From: Myxococcota bacterium
GTDB lineage: Bacteria > Myxococcota > Kuafuiibacteriia > Kuafuiibacteriales > Kuafuiibacteriaceae
Assembly (NCBI GenBank): GCA_036337945.1
Contig: JAYZDF010000089.1
Location: forward strand, 5,609-69,608
Reading direction: 5' to 3'
Length of the DNA stretch: 64,000 nucleotides
In this document: piece after piece, positions 9,878 to 19,505 of the stretch
Position numbering within the stretch: position 1 is the stretch's first letter
How the letters are laid out: every line of letters starts with the position of its first letter
Position numbers and translations under genes: made by a program
The notes under the pieces: generated by a model
Databases searched by the model: none
The model's input: only the letters and a program-made list of their open reading frames with translations
What the model was told of the DNA's origin: nothing

Positions 9878-11676
9878 TGCGTCATATAGAGGCTGTCTAT
9901 CGCCCTGGCGTGCTTTTCATAAACGACTCGGCGCTTCACCTTCAAAGTCGGCGTGAGCTCACCACTTTCAATAGTCATTTCTTCCAGCAATAACTCCCAG
10001 CGCTTCAATTGTTGAAATTTAGGGAGTGATTTATTGATTTCGTCGACGTGCTTCGACAACACTTGTCGCGCTTCATTGAGAAACTCTTCCTCAAAATTTC
10101 CCCCAGAACAGCGTTCGTTTTTTAAATCGCTGTCAACAACCATAAGCGCCACTAAGTATGGTTTTCGATCGCCAATAACCACAGCTTGACTCACCCATGG
10201 ATGAGCTGTCAGCTGAGCCTCGATCGGTTGAGGTGCTATGTTCTTTCCTCCAGCAGTAATAATGAGATCCTTCAATCGGTCTGTGATAACCAGAAAGCCC
10301 TCGTTATCGACAAATCCGATATCTCCAGTTCGAAACCAGTGATCATCTGTAAATGCCTGCTTTGTGGCTTCCTCGTTCTTAAAATAACCTTTGAAGATGC
10401 CAGGTCCTTTGACCTGAATTTCTCCCTCATCAGAAATCCGAACATGTGTCCCGCGCAAAGGCATTCCAACAGTTCCTATTTTTCGTTTATGTAACGTATT
10501 GAGAGACACGGGGGCACTCGTCTCCGTGAGCCCATAGCCCTCTAACACCGGGACGCCAATGTCATCGAAAAACTCGTTTATGTGAGTAACCAAAGGCGCG
10601 CCTCCACATCCGAGCCATCTCACTCGCCCGCCCATCCGGTCGCGAACCTTTGCTCCAACCAATCGATCAGAAATTTTTCGACGAATTCGTAGTCCGAAGG
10701 GGATGGGCTGACCTGCTCGCCGAAGCCGCCCGGCCTGGGCGAGCGTATTCATCGCATACTGAAACACTTTGTGCCTAGCACCTCCCTGCTCTTTTGCGGT
10801 GCTATAGACTTTAGCGTGTATTTTCTCGAGTATGCGAGGAACTGTAGCAAAACATGTAGGCTGGACTTCCCGAATATTCGCCGGCACCTTGTCTAGTGAT
10901 TCGGCAAAATACCCTTTCACGTCGGCAATAAGCGCCAAGTAATTGGCATAACGCTGTAACGAGTGTGCTAATGGCAAAAACGATAGTGACACCTCATCTT
11001 GATACCCCATCGCCTCAATTGAAGCGTAAATCACATATACAAAGTTTTGGTGCGTAAGCATTGCCCCTTTCGGCTCACCGGTGGTGCCGCTGGTGTATAC
11101 ATAAGTGACAACGTCGCTCGATTTGTTTAGTGACATTCTATCTGTGAGTTCGGATGGGTACTGACTTCGCCGACGAGCCCCCATAGCTATCAGGCTCTCT
11201 AAAGTACGCTGACCATCGACATCGTGGCATATCGTCACACAAGTAATTTCGAGTTCACGCATTGAGGCTGCTTTCTGTACTTTCCTGAACTGTTCAGAGT
11301 CCTCGACGAACACCAAGCGAGCATTCGAGTGTTCGAGGATATGCGCAGTTTGTTCGACCGTCAGCGTTGGATAAATCCCCACAGTAATACCACCGACGTA
11401 CATGCTTGCGATGTCAATCTGGGACCATTCTCGCCGAGTAGTACTGAGAATAGCCACACAGTCTCCTCTTTTGACGCTAAGTTCCAATAAACCGGAGGCG
11501 ATATTTTCGACTGCCTCTCGAGCTTCGCCCCAAGTAAAAGGCTGCCACTTGCCCTGCTCTTTTACGTGTACACTGACCTCGTTTGGATTCCTCTGGACGC
11601 GACGTATAAACAGCTCCGGAATAGTCGTCGAGGCTTCATACATGACCTGTTGCTCTCTCTCTTTGATACTTTCCAT
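9874..11676 (-). CDS. fadD: long-chain fatty acid-CoA ligase (AMP-dependent synthetase)
   Basis: YTSGTTGEPKG, GYGLTET, FRTGDIG, DRLKDLIITAGGKNIAP, LTPTLKVKR. Confidence 0.92.
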   Translation of the reverse strand: MESIKEREQQVMYEASTTIPELFIRRVQRNPNEVSVHVKEQGKWQPFTWGEAREAVENIASGLLELSVKRGDCVAILSTTRREWSQIDIASMYVGGITVGIYPTLTVEQTAHILEHSNARLVFVEDSEQFRKVQKAASMRELEITCVTICHDVDGQRTLESLIAMGARRRSQYPSELTDRMSLNKSSDVVTYVYTSGTTGEPKGAMLTHQNFVYVIYASIEAMGYQDEVSLSFLPLAHSLQRYANYLALIADVKGYFAESLDKVPANIREVQPTCFATVPRILEKIHAKVYSTAKEQGGARHKVFQYAMNTLAQAGRLRRAGQPIPFGLRIRRKISDRLVGAKVRDRMGGRVRWLGCGGAPLVTHINEFFDDIGVPVLEGYGLTETSAPVSLNTLHKRKIGTVGMPLRGTHVRISDEGEIQVKGPGIFKGYFKNEEATKQAFTDDHWFRTGDIGFVDNEGFLVITDRLKDLIITAGGKNIAPQPIEAQLTAHPWVSQAVVIGDRKPYLVALMVVDSDLKNERCSGGNFEEEFLNEARQVLSKHVDEINKSLPKFQQLKRWELLLEEMTIESGELTPTLKVKRRVVYEKHARAIDSLYMTQ

Positions 11677-11794
11677 GTAGTAAAAGGCTCAAATGTGGTG
11701 GGTCTCTAAGTACAATCAACGGCGGCAGAATAACCGCAGTGCCTGGACCATCCAAACATGTCTAGTTCCTGTGTAGTCGTTTTGTGCTTTAGTT

Positions 11795-13219
11795 TCAATC
11801 ATCAAAAGGTACATGACGGGTGTAAACGTCGTATCGCGTTTGTATTCTGCTTACGTAGGCAATCGGTTGTTCGGCCCGGCAATAACCGTATCGCGTCTGA
11901 CGATACCACCGTGGGTCTTTTTTCAGGCGAATTGCTTTTTCCACATTATGAAACCATCGGTTTTCATCATACCCATTCGTTCGTGCGAGTGCTCTCGCGT
12001 CCTTAACGTGACCTAAGCCTACATTATAGGCCGCAAGAGCGAACCGAATGCTCTGTCTCGGAGAGACCGCGTCATTCTGAAAATGGCGAATGAGCCACGC
12101 CAAATAGCTGGTGCCAACCCGAATATTGACCTCCGGTACAAGGAGTTGATTAATGACTTCTTCGTTTGTCCCCTTTAGCTTTCCATGTTTTCTCGCCGTC
12201 GAGGGAAGTACTTGCATGAGCCCGACTGCTCCAAACGCACTCTTCGCCTTTGGATTGAATCTCGATTCAGCAAAAGCCAATGCAGCGAGTAAGCGCCAAT
12301 CAACATTCTTAGTAGTACCCATTTTCTTGAAATATCGATCATACGGAGAAATCTTTCCTTCTTTATCCGCGCGATAATCATTGTCTGACGCTTTCGTCAT
12401 ATGTCGCCGTGCAGCCGAAAAATACCGTTTATAGAGAATAGGAATCAGATTACGTTTATTTTTACTAATAAACTCATTGATGCTCGTTCGCAGTTGCTTA
12501 GATTTCGGTCGCACTCCCCAGGCCTTCGCAAACTCGCTGGGCAGCTTCACACGCTCGGCGACGTTGAGTCCGGATGGCATCTCAAGTTCAAACACATTCC
12601 GATCGATGATACTCGCTTCGTATTCGCCCGAATCAATTCTCCTAAGAATTTCTTCCATTTCCACGCTGGGATCAACGTGCTCTGTTCGTAGGTCAAAGCC
12701 TCTGGATTTTGCGAGTTCTTTTGCGACCTCAAATGTCGTTGAGTATTTATTCAAAGCTAATTCAAATTGACCGAGTTGCTTAAAGTCGTTCAATTTCTTA
12801 ACAGTATGCCGGTGAGTAACAATCAGGCGATCGACACTAAACATTGTGTCGCTAAAAGAAATCAGCTTTGCTCGTTTGTCTGTCACGGTCATTCCTGCCG
12901 CAATGATGTCTCCTTCTCCCTTCAACAGCGCCGGGATGAGACCTGATCGCGATTGGGGAACCACAATTGCAAGTCGAACACCGATTGAATCCGCATATGC
13001 TTTTGCAACCTCGTATTCGAAGCCAAGCTGGCGCCCTTTGGCGATGAAGTATGAAGAAGAGTTATTTCTGGTGAGGACCCGTAGAACGCCTTTTTCCTTT
13101 ATGACGTTCAGATCTCCTACGTATCTTTCTTGCGTATGCCCTGTAAGAACGCGCTCATATTGGACGGCAGGAGGAGGATTTGCGATGAAAGCAAAAGCAA
13201 TGACTAGAGGAGAAATCAT
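11795..13219 (-). CDS. mltF: membrane-bound lytic murein transglycosylase F (SBP family 3 domain + SLT domain)
   Basis: N-terminal GFEYE/GDIIAAG substrate-binding domain; SLT motifs AESRFNP, GLMQV, AAYNVG; YVSRI. Confidence 0.88.
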   Translation of the reverse strand: MISPLVIAFAFIANPPPAVQYERVLTGHTQERYVGDLNVIKEKGVLRVLTRNNSSSYFIAKGRQLGFEYEVAKAYADSIGVRLAIVVPQSRSGLIPALLKGEGDIIAAGMTVTDKRAKLISFSDTMFSVDRLIVTHRHTVKKLNDFKQLGQFELALNKYSTTFEVAKELAKSRGFDLRTEHVDPSVEMEEILRRIDSGEYEASIIDRNVFELEMPSGLNVAERVKLPSEFAKAWGVRPKSKQLRTSINEFISKNKRNLIPILYKRYFSAARRHMTKASDNDYRADKEGKISPYDRYFKKMGTTKNVDWRLLAALAFAESRFNPKAKSAFGAVGLMQVLPSTARKHGKLKGTNEEVINQLLVPEVNIRVGTSYLAWLIRHFQNDAVSPRQSIRFALAAYNVGLGHVKDARALARTNGYDENRWFHNVEKAIRLKKDPRWYRQTRYGYCRAEQPIAYVSRIQTRYDVYTRHVPFDD

Positions 13220-14418
13220 AGTGCACTTAATCCGTAACTGAGCACCCCAATCGCAACGCTAGCCAGAGGAGTCCACCATCGGAAGTTTCCTGTTTCGTCT
13301 TCTATATAACTCAACGCACTTAAACTCACCCCCGAGGCCATTATGCTGTAACCGAGCGGCGCTACGAGGACGTTATTGAGGCCAGCGCACGATTCTCCAC
13401 GCTCACGAGAAGAGTAATCGCACGCCCGCGCAAAAGTGTTTCTTTCGTCAGGAAGACAAGCATCTCCCGGACAGGGACTAATCGTCTGTGCTTGTACCGG
13501 CAACACCAATGCTGTCACCGCAATACCGGCACCAACTAAGGCTGTCCCTAGACCTGTCCACCTCATGACAGACTTACTCGCCTCTAGCCCCTGAAGATTA
13601 GGTTCTTGCTTCACTGATACGTCAACAGTCTGACCAGCTGGAACCATTTCATTGAGTTCTACCGGGCGGATAGAGCCATCGACACTTCTTAGTTCTAGCT
13701 TTCGCTGTCCGGCTCTGAGTCCGCGAATGAACACCTGGTCATCTGCTAAACTTCCCACGAGTTGGCCCTCCAGCATAACCATCATCCCCTTTCCGCCGGT
13801 CAAACGGATCTCACCAAAGGGGCGCCATTGACCGATCGAGCGTAATTTTTGACGAAGTTGTTGAGTAATCAAATCTTTGAAATATCGATTTGTACTTTCA
13901 AGATTTGACACAAGAGTAAAGCCACGGACCGTTTCAACGGCTCGTTCGAAAATAGTGTCCTCGACGTTTATAGATAAATCTTGCCCTCCGAGGGAGGCCT
14001 TCTCAAGGATTCGTTGAACCTCCGGCAAATCGATTAGCAACGTGGAGAATCGATCGCCTTTGTTCGAATCTGGAATAACAGAGGTCACCATAAGAAGTTT
14101 CGGAGAAGATCGTTCCGAGTCAGTGGTATACGCATTGATGAGCAAGCGTGACCAACAACTGAGCTGTTCCTCAGGGTCACACTCAGAAAGCGAGGTTCGG
14201 TCGACGCCAGCAATCTCCATCGAGTCGACGCGCAGGCCCGTGTGTTTTCGAAAGACGTCATTGGCGACACGCAAAATCTCACTAATTCTTGCGGAAGCTA
14301 ATTCACCGCGAGGTGTCTTTACCATCATCGCCACAGGCTCTCTTTCGTCGACCACGAGGTCTAAAACAGTCGGTACGCTCGAAAGAAATAGAGAGGCCGT
14401 CAACGCTTGAAAAAACAC
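13216..14418 (-). CDS. secreted hypothetical protein with PEGA-like segment and hydrophobic C-terminus
   Basis: Signal-like N-terminus, beta-rich middle, two C-terminal hydrophobic stretches; 4-bp overlap with mltF. Confidence 0.6.
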   Translation of the reverse strand: MFFQALTASLFLSSVPTVLDLVVDEREPVAMMVKTPRGELASARISEILRVANDVFRKHTGLRVDSMEIAGVDRTSLSECDPEEQLSCWSRLLINAYTTDSERSSPKLLMVTSVIPDSNKGDRFSTLLIDLPEVQRILEKASLGGQDLSINVEDTIFERAVETVRGFTLVSNLESTNRYFKDLITQQLRQKLRSIGQWRPFGEIRLTGGKGMMVMLEGQLVGSLADDQVFIRGLRAGQRKLELRSVDGSIRPVELNEMVPAGQTVDVSVKQEPNLQGLEASKSVMRWTGLGTALVGAGIAVTALVLPVQAQTISPCPGDACLPDERNTFARACDYSSRERGESCAGLNNVLVAPLGYSIMASGVSLSALSYIEDETGNFRWWTPLASVAIGVLSYGLSAL

Positions 14419-14450
14419 CGCTTCTCAAGTGTACGGAAAGAGTCACTTTG

Positions 14451-16205
14451 ATGAAAGTCGATGATCTATATAAGCCGACTATCTGGTATATTTGGGCGGG
14501 TAATAAGTTGTCTTTGGGCAGTCATAAACAAGGGACGGTTGTGGACAACCGATTTGAACTCCTCCGACAGCTCGGGCGAGGTGGTTTTGGCGACGTTTGG
14601 CAAGCGAATGACCTTGCTAACTCGCGCATAGTTGCTCTCAAACTACTACACACGGACCTTGTTGATAACAGTACGATATTAGAGCGTTTTTGCCTAGAAG
14701 CAACACTTCTCACGAAACTTGTTCATCCCGCCATTGCACACTGTATTCATAGCGGGCAACACGCAGATACAGCGTACATGGCGATGCAACTCGCGCCTGG
14801 TGAAAACCTTCATGACCTCATGATTCGACGAGGACGCGCGCAGAAAATTCTTCCTGTCAACTTTACACTTAGCGTCATAACTCAAATAGGAACAGCTCTC
14901 GATTTTGCCCATGCAAAAGGTGTTGTCCACCGTGACCTGAAGCCGAAAAATATAATGATCAACGTAATGAATGATAGGGTCGACGCGAAATTACTAGATT
15001 TCGGCATCGCTAAAGTTCTGTACGACACCGCCAAAGATGCAACTACAGTTGGCAGGCTACTTGGATCACTCCTTTATTTATCACCGGAGCAAGCACTCAG
15101 TGACACCGTCTCTGCTCGCGCCGACATCTTCGCTTTAGCCACTGTAACCTTTGAAATGCTGACTCAGCGACGTGCTTGGGCCTGGGACATCAACAACAAC
15201 CCACTTCCCAATACCGGAAAAGCCATCCGCAAAGACACCCAAAACAACCAGATGGCCATCATGAAACGAATTGTCAGTGGGCCCCGTCCACTCGTTCACC
15301 GTTTTCATACAAGCATCCCCAACGCAACTTCCGAGGTCCTTGTCAAAGCGTTATCGCCAGACCCCACTGAACGTTATGAAAGTGCAAAAGAGTTCGTGCA
15401 CGAACTGAAGCTTAGTCTCGGAGAATTCTCGGAAACGGAAGACCAAATTTCCGAAAATTCGCTCACTCACGTCGTTCCGCGTTCCAGCAAAAACGACGCA
15501 GCACTTGAGCCTGTTATACCTTCTGAACAGGACGAAAAAGACTTGCTTCCGCGCACTCAGAACCAAAGGCCTTTGCCGACTCCTTTGGGGCTTGAGACAT
15601 CTTCGAGCGGGTCGTCCCCAGAATACGGAGCTATAAATGTTTCTTCTCGCAAGAGACCTTCATCACTTCTTCTCTTGGCGGCTGGGCTTCTCCTCGGCGT
15701 TGGTGGAACGGTCCTAACCTCAAGATGGCTAGAAAACCACGCACCGGTAAAGACATCAGCGACTTCTAACATTCCTCAAACCAAGACGATCACCGCTAGA
15801 AAACGCCAGAACGAGTCAAAGTCGACAGAGCCTGTCATTACAAAAAACGACGCTAAGAATCCGGAAACGACTGGTTCCGCCAAGTCATCTCCTAAGCCAA
15901 ACTCGAGGCCCTCAAAGAAGAAACGCCCGAGGCTCCTTCAATCCGCGAAAAATACGCAAAGGAGCATACTTTCTTCCTCAAGCAAAGTGTCGCTCATACA
16001 GACAGCTTGGAATGAGTTTCAACTGAAGCCAGAAGATACTGAGGCAATGCAGCGGTTTAGCAAGTCATTTCAAAATGAGCTGGAGACGGTGCCGGCAGGA
16101 AAAGAACGAACGAAGCTGACTCGTTGTCTCAAGCTTGCCGAAATTCAAGCCACTCTATCTGGTTTTCGAAAGTGCTTTGAGATGTACCAGGCCAGGCTAA
16201 AATAA
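14451..16205 (+). CDS. Ser/Thr protein kinase (Hanks type) with single TM
   Basis: GRGGFG, VALK, HRDLKPKN, DFG, YLSPEQ; TM LLLLAAGLLLGVGG. Start uncertain (14451 ATG or 14508 TTG). Confidence 0.92.
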   Translation: MKVDDLYKPTIWYIWAGNKLSLGSHKQGTVVDNRFELLRQLGRGGFGDVWQANDLANSRIVALKLLHTDLVDNSTILERFCLEATLLTKLVHPAIAHCIHSGQHADTAYMAMQLAPGENLHDLMIRRGRAQKILPVNFTLSVITQIGTALDFAHAKGVVHRDLKPKNIMINVMNDRVDAKLLDFGIAKVLYDTAKDATTVGRLLGSLLYLSPEQALSDTVSARADIFALATVTFEMLTQRRAWAWDINNNPLPNTGKAIRKDTQNNQMAIMKRIVSGPRPLVHRFHTSIPNATSEVLVKALSPDPTERYESAKEFVHELKLSLGEFSETEDQISENSLTHVVPRSSKNDAALEPVIPSEQDEKDLLPRTQNQRPLPTPLGLETSSSGSSPEYGAINVSSRKRPSSLLLLAAGLLLGVGGTVLTSRWLENHAPVKTSATSNIPQTKTITARKRQNESKSTEPVITKNDAKNPETTGSAKSSPKPNSRPSKKKRPRLLQSAKNTQRSILSSSSKVSLIQTAWNEFQLKPEDTEAMQRFSKSFQNELETVPAGKERTKLTRCLKLAEIQATLSGFRKCFEMYQARLK

Positions 16206-16215
16206 GGCGAGAAGC

Positions 16216-16785
16216 CTAATTCCTGCTCCCTTTCGGTTTTCTGAGTACCGGGAGCTTCTTGATCCTTAGACGGCCTGCGAGGTTCCTCTGGAGCTGAGAC
16301 GCCTTCTTGAGGTCTTGCGCGACCCAAGCTACGTGTTTTTTCAAAGCCTCCCAGTTTGGAGACGGCGGAGCTTCTCCGTCGCCCTCGTCATTTTCCACAA
16401 AATCCATGTACGGCTTGACCTGGTTTTGCAAATCTTTCTCGAGCTTCTCGAGCTGCCGTTCTGCCTCAACGAGATTCTTACGCAGCTTTTCCAATTTTGG
16501 ACGTAATTTCTCGTCGGAGTCTTCGAGAAGGTCCGTTGTTTTATCAACGTGCTTTTTCGCTTGAGACACCGCTTGACTAAGAGAGGAAGCAAGTTTGGAC
16601 GTTAGTGAGAAGTCGAACTCTCTCGCACTCAAGGCGGCGGAAAGAACTCGAGCCTCGACTGAAGAAAAGTTAATGAGTGCTTGGCTTTGTTGAAAATGGA
16701 TTTTCTTTGAAGCTGCATGAGACGGAGTCGTGGCTCCAAACCATGCGAACAAAACGAAAGACGATAAAAAGGTTAGATTTCTCAT
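16216..16785 (-). CDS. secreted helical/coiled-coil hypothetical protein
   Basis: Signal peptide ending SHA; heptad-rich; GGGAG RBS upstream. Confidence 0.7.
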   Translation of the reverse strand: MRNLTFLSSFVLFAWFGATTPSHAASKKIHFQQSQALINFSSVEARVLSAALSAREFDFSLTSKLASSLSQAVSQAKKHVDKTTDLLEDSDEKLRPKLEKLRKNLVEAERQLEKLEKDLQNQVKPYMDFVENDEGDGEAPPSPNWEALKKHVAWVAQDLKKASQLQRNLAGRLRIKKLPVLRKPKGSRN

Positions 16786-16839
16786 GTTTCTCCCTCGGGT
16801 GAGAGCCGTTTAGGCCGCTCCGCGCCTAAATACGACCAA

Positions 16840-17406
16840 TCACTCTTGGTCTGATTCAGCAAGCGATTCCTCAATGCAGGTTTTCACAAGGTTGCTAAGC
16901 AGGAACCTCTCGGTAGAGTGAATAATTTTCAAGATCTCATTCGGTAAGATGTAAATATGAATTTCAGAGTTCGGGTCGATGTAGGCTGCATCTCCGGAAA
17001 TTTCAGATGCTGGCACTCTCAACTCGATGACTCCAGTATCATCCAGGCTTTGGATAGCTGCAATGAGCTCCGTTACAGCCTGGCCCATGGTGAGACTCAC
17101 TTGTGCGAATTTGTCCCGATTCGCGAGAAAAATCTCCTCTGGGTCAAGATGCCCAATCGCTCGAACGGGAAAAGAGCTGGCAAACCCAATGGCTCGCCGC
17201 CGGTCCGGAATCTCTACATTATGCGTTTCGTAGCCCTCAAGTTCGGCTGTCAATATCTCAACCGAGTCTTTATCTTCTCTGGCTTCTGCCATTGCTTTGG
17301 CGAATCGCAAGATCCCACTGAGATCAGTCACGTCAGACGCATCTCTCAGTAAAGATGCAGCTTCACGTACGCTCTCGTTTTGCAAAATAGATGTTGTTTC
17401 GCTCAT
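16840..17406 (-). CDS. stand-alone AbiTii-like domain protein
   Basis: LSGILRFAKAMA...ELEGY....IPDRR resembles the AbiTii pattern L..lLr.a..lA...ELxGY...PxYR, recalled from memory. Confidence 0.5.
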   Translation of the reverse strand: MSETTSILQNESVREAASLLRDASDVTDLSGILRFAKAMAEAREDKDSVEILTAELEGYETHNVEIPDRRRAIGFASSFPVRAIGHLDPEEIFLANRDKFAQVSLTMGQAVTELIAAIQSLDDTGVIELRVPASEISGDAAYIDPNSEIHIYILPNEILKIIHSTERFLLSNLVKTCIEESLAESDQE

Positions 17407-17609
17407 TACCGCTCGTATGGGCCCTGGTTACATCCAAGGCCTACTACCGCGAGTGTCCGCTGATTTCTGACTATGCTCAAGCGCAGTGGCACATTTTTCG
17501 GCCTCCAAAAGAACAAATAAATGAGCAAGAATTGAAATCCTCAGTGTTAATCCCGTAACTATCCAAATCAGCGTAGACGTGACGTTCAACTCTCAGTATC
17601 CTCCGGTCC

Positions 17610-19064
17610 TTGATTTCGGCACCAAATGAAACGCCTGACGACCTCGCGGAAAGATATCGTCAAACACGTGGCTTCGACCTCGCGGAAGTTCGCTTGGTTG
17701 AGTATTTGTCGTCAGACAGAGACCTCTTACCTCATCACGACGCGAATCAGTTGAGATTGATTCTTAACCTGGCGCGTCTGTGGGTACTGGAGCAGGATGA
17801 CGGGTCTTCGCTCGCAGTTGGTCCAAAACTCGGCAGTTTCCGGGAGAAAGCCAGACTGTTTGCCCAGGAAATACGAGACGCTGATACGATGAGCGCGGAA
17901 GAAATGGTCCGACATTCGCGGCAGCTGGAACCGCATTTCAAGGAAGCAAGGCAATCTCTAAAGCGGGAATTTCGCGGTACGATGTCTCCCTCAGAGCTTC
18001 GAAGGGAGCTGTGCAATAAGAGGCTCACGTTAGTCCTAGGTGGTGGAGGAGGCTGCGGTTACGTCCATCTTGGTGCACTCGCACTGCTTGAGGAACTCAA
18101 GATCCGACCCGGACTTGTGGTTGGGAGTAGTCTGGGCTCGATCATGGGTATCTTTCGCTGCATGCACCAGCAGTACAAGGCGGAAATGATTGAAAGAGTG
18201 ACTACTGGATTGAGTTTTAAGAACTTATTTCGAGTTTTAGAGGGACAACCTAGATACGGCCTCCCTGGCACCTTGCGCCTCTACCTCCGGTCGGCCATGG
18301 CCAAATTCTTCATGAACGACAATGCGGAAGTCGTCACTCTCTCCGAGCTCGCTATTCCCTTCATATGCGTAGTGACCGGAGTCCGGCGTGACGTCGTAAA
18401 ATCAGACTTCGCCAAATATGAGCACGAGTTCGCGAAGCGTCTTCGGAGAGGCCCTTTGGGCGCTTTGCTTCATGTTACCGAATTGGTCAAAAGCTGGTCC
18501 ACTCTGATCAAAGATCTGATCATGAGCGGAGGAATCAAACCGATTCCTCTCGGTATGTGCCAAAATAGCCAAACCTTCGATGCACTCGACGCCGTAGGCT
18601 TTTCTTGTTCAGTACCTGCCCTCATCCATTACGATATTCTTCGAGATGACCCCAGGATGCACAATCTGGCTCGTAGCTTGCTCAAAAGCCACAACGTCGA
18701 TCACCTCATAGATGGCGGCATCTCCGCGAACGTTCCGGCTCGATGTGCCTGGGAGGCTGTTCAGCGAGGCCACATAAAAACACGAAATAGCTTCATAATG
18801 GGGCTCGACTGTTTTGCCCCCCAACTTCGCCGAAATATGATCTTTTTGCCCATGATGCGTCTTGCTGCCGAAAATGTGAGCAGGGATCGGCATTTTGCAA
18901 ACTTCATGTTCACCTATCGGAAAGTCCTCTCTCCGGCTTCCCTTATCCCGAACGCACGAAGTCTCCGGCGCGCCATAAATCACGGTAGAGACGAGCTATC
19001 CGCCGAGAAATCCTTTCTAAAGACGATGCTCGAACCTCTAGAGATGCCGAAATTGACCAAGTAA
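17610..19064 (+). CDS. patatin-like phospholipase with N-terminal helical extension
   Basis: Gly-rich oxyanion loop LGGGGGCG, nucleophile GSSLG, DGG motif. Confidence 0.88.
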   Translation: MISAPNETPDDLAERYRQTRGFDLAEVRLVEYLSSDRDLLPHHDANQLRLILNLARLWVLEQDDGSSLAVGPKLGSFREKARLFAQEIRDADTMSAEEMVRHSRQLEPHFKEARQSLKREFRGTMSPSELRRELCNKRLTLVLGGGGGCGYVHLGALALLEELKIRPGLVVGSSLGSIMGIFRCMHQQYKAEMIERVTTGLSFKNLFRVLEGQPRYGLPGTLRLYLRSAMAKFFMNDNAEVVTLSELAIPFICVVTGVRRDVVKSDFAKYEHEFAKRLRRGPLGALLHVTELVKSWSTLIKDLIMSGGIKPIPLGMCQNSQTFDALDAVGFSCSVPALIHYDILRDDPRMHNLARSLLKSHNVDHLIDGGISANVPARCAWEAVQRGHIKTRNSFIMGLDCFAPQLRRNMIFLPMMRLAAENVSRDRHFANFMFTYRKVLSPASLIPNARSLRRAINHGRDELSAEKSFLKTMLEPLEMPKLTK

Positions 19065-19082
19065 AAAAGAAACAAAGCCGAC

Positions 19083-19390
19083 TGTTACATATTTGTTACA
19101 CAAGAAAATATCAGAAAGCATGTACGCTTCTGTAACCTAACGTAATCCTTTTCCTTTCTCCTCACTACTCAAAACCGGAATATATTTTTTTCAAAAAAGT
19201 GACTGTGTTGTGACATCGGTCATTTGACGTATACCGCTAACCACCTGAAATTACTGACACCCCACTGTCAACTGAACATCTGTTCTTTCCAGAGCATCCT
19301 GTTATGACGCACAGAGCCAAAACCTGAAGGAATCCCGCTGGTTACATTGTACTACACCGCCCAACACTTATTATTGGGGGTATATTGACA
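19083..19390 (+). promoter_or_regulatory. AT-rich regulatory region with repeated GTTACA motifs and a TTGACA hexamer
   Basis: TGTTACA at 19083 and 19094 (11-bp period), inverted TGTAAC at 19131, GTTACA at 19341, TTGACA at 19385. Confidence 0.4.
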
Positions 19391-19505
19391 CGGTGAATTC
19401 GAGGTCGATATCGCTGGAGTACGACAGATTCTAGGGATTTAGCGAGCAATAGGGCTTCCTCTAAATCTCGGACATAACAACTGATTTATTCAGGGGGAAT
19501 TTTGT

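Noticed and set aside
9874-11676. Acyl-CoA ligase as the missing MenE
   Set aside because: Its length (600 aa) and motifs (GGKNIAP, LTPTLKVKR) fit long-chain fatty acyl-CoA synthetases, and it is far from the men operon.
17610-19064. Patatin as a CBASS CapV effector
   Set aside because: No CD-NTase or cap genes are visible in the window.
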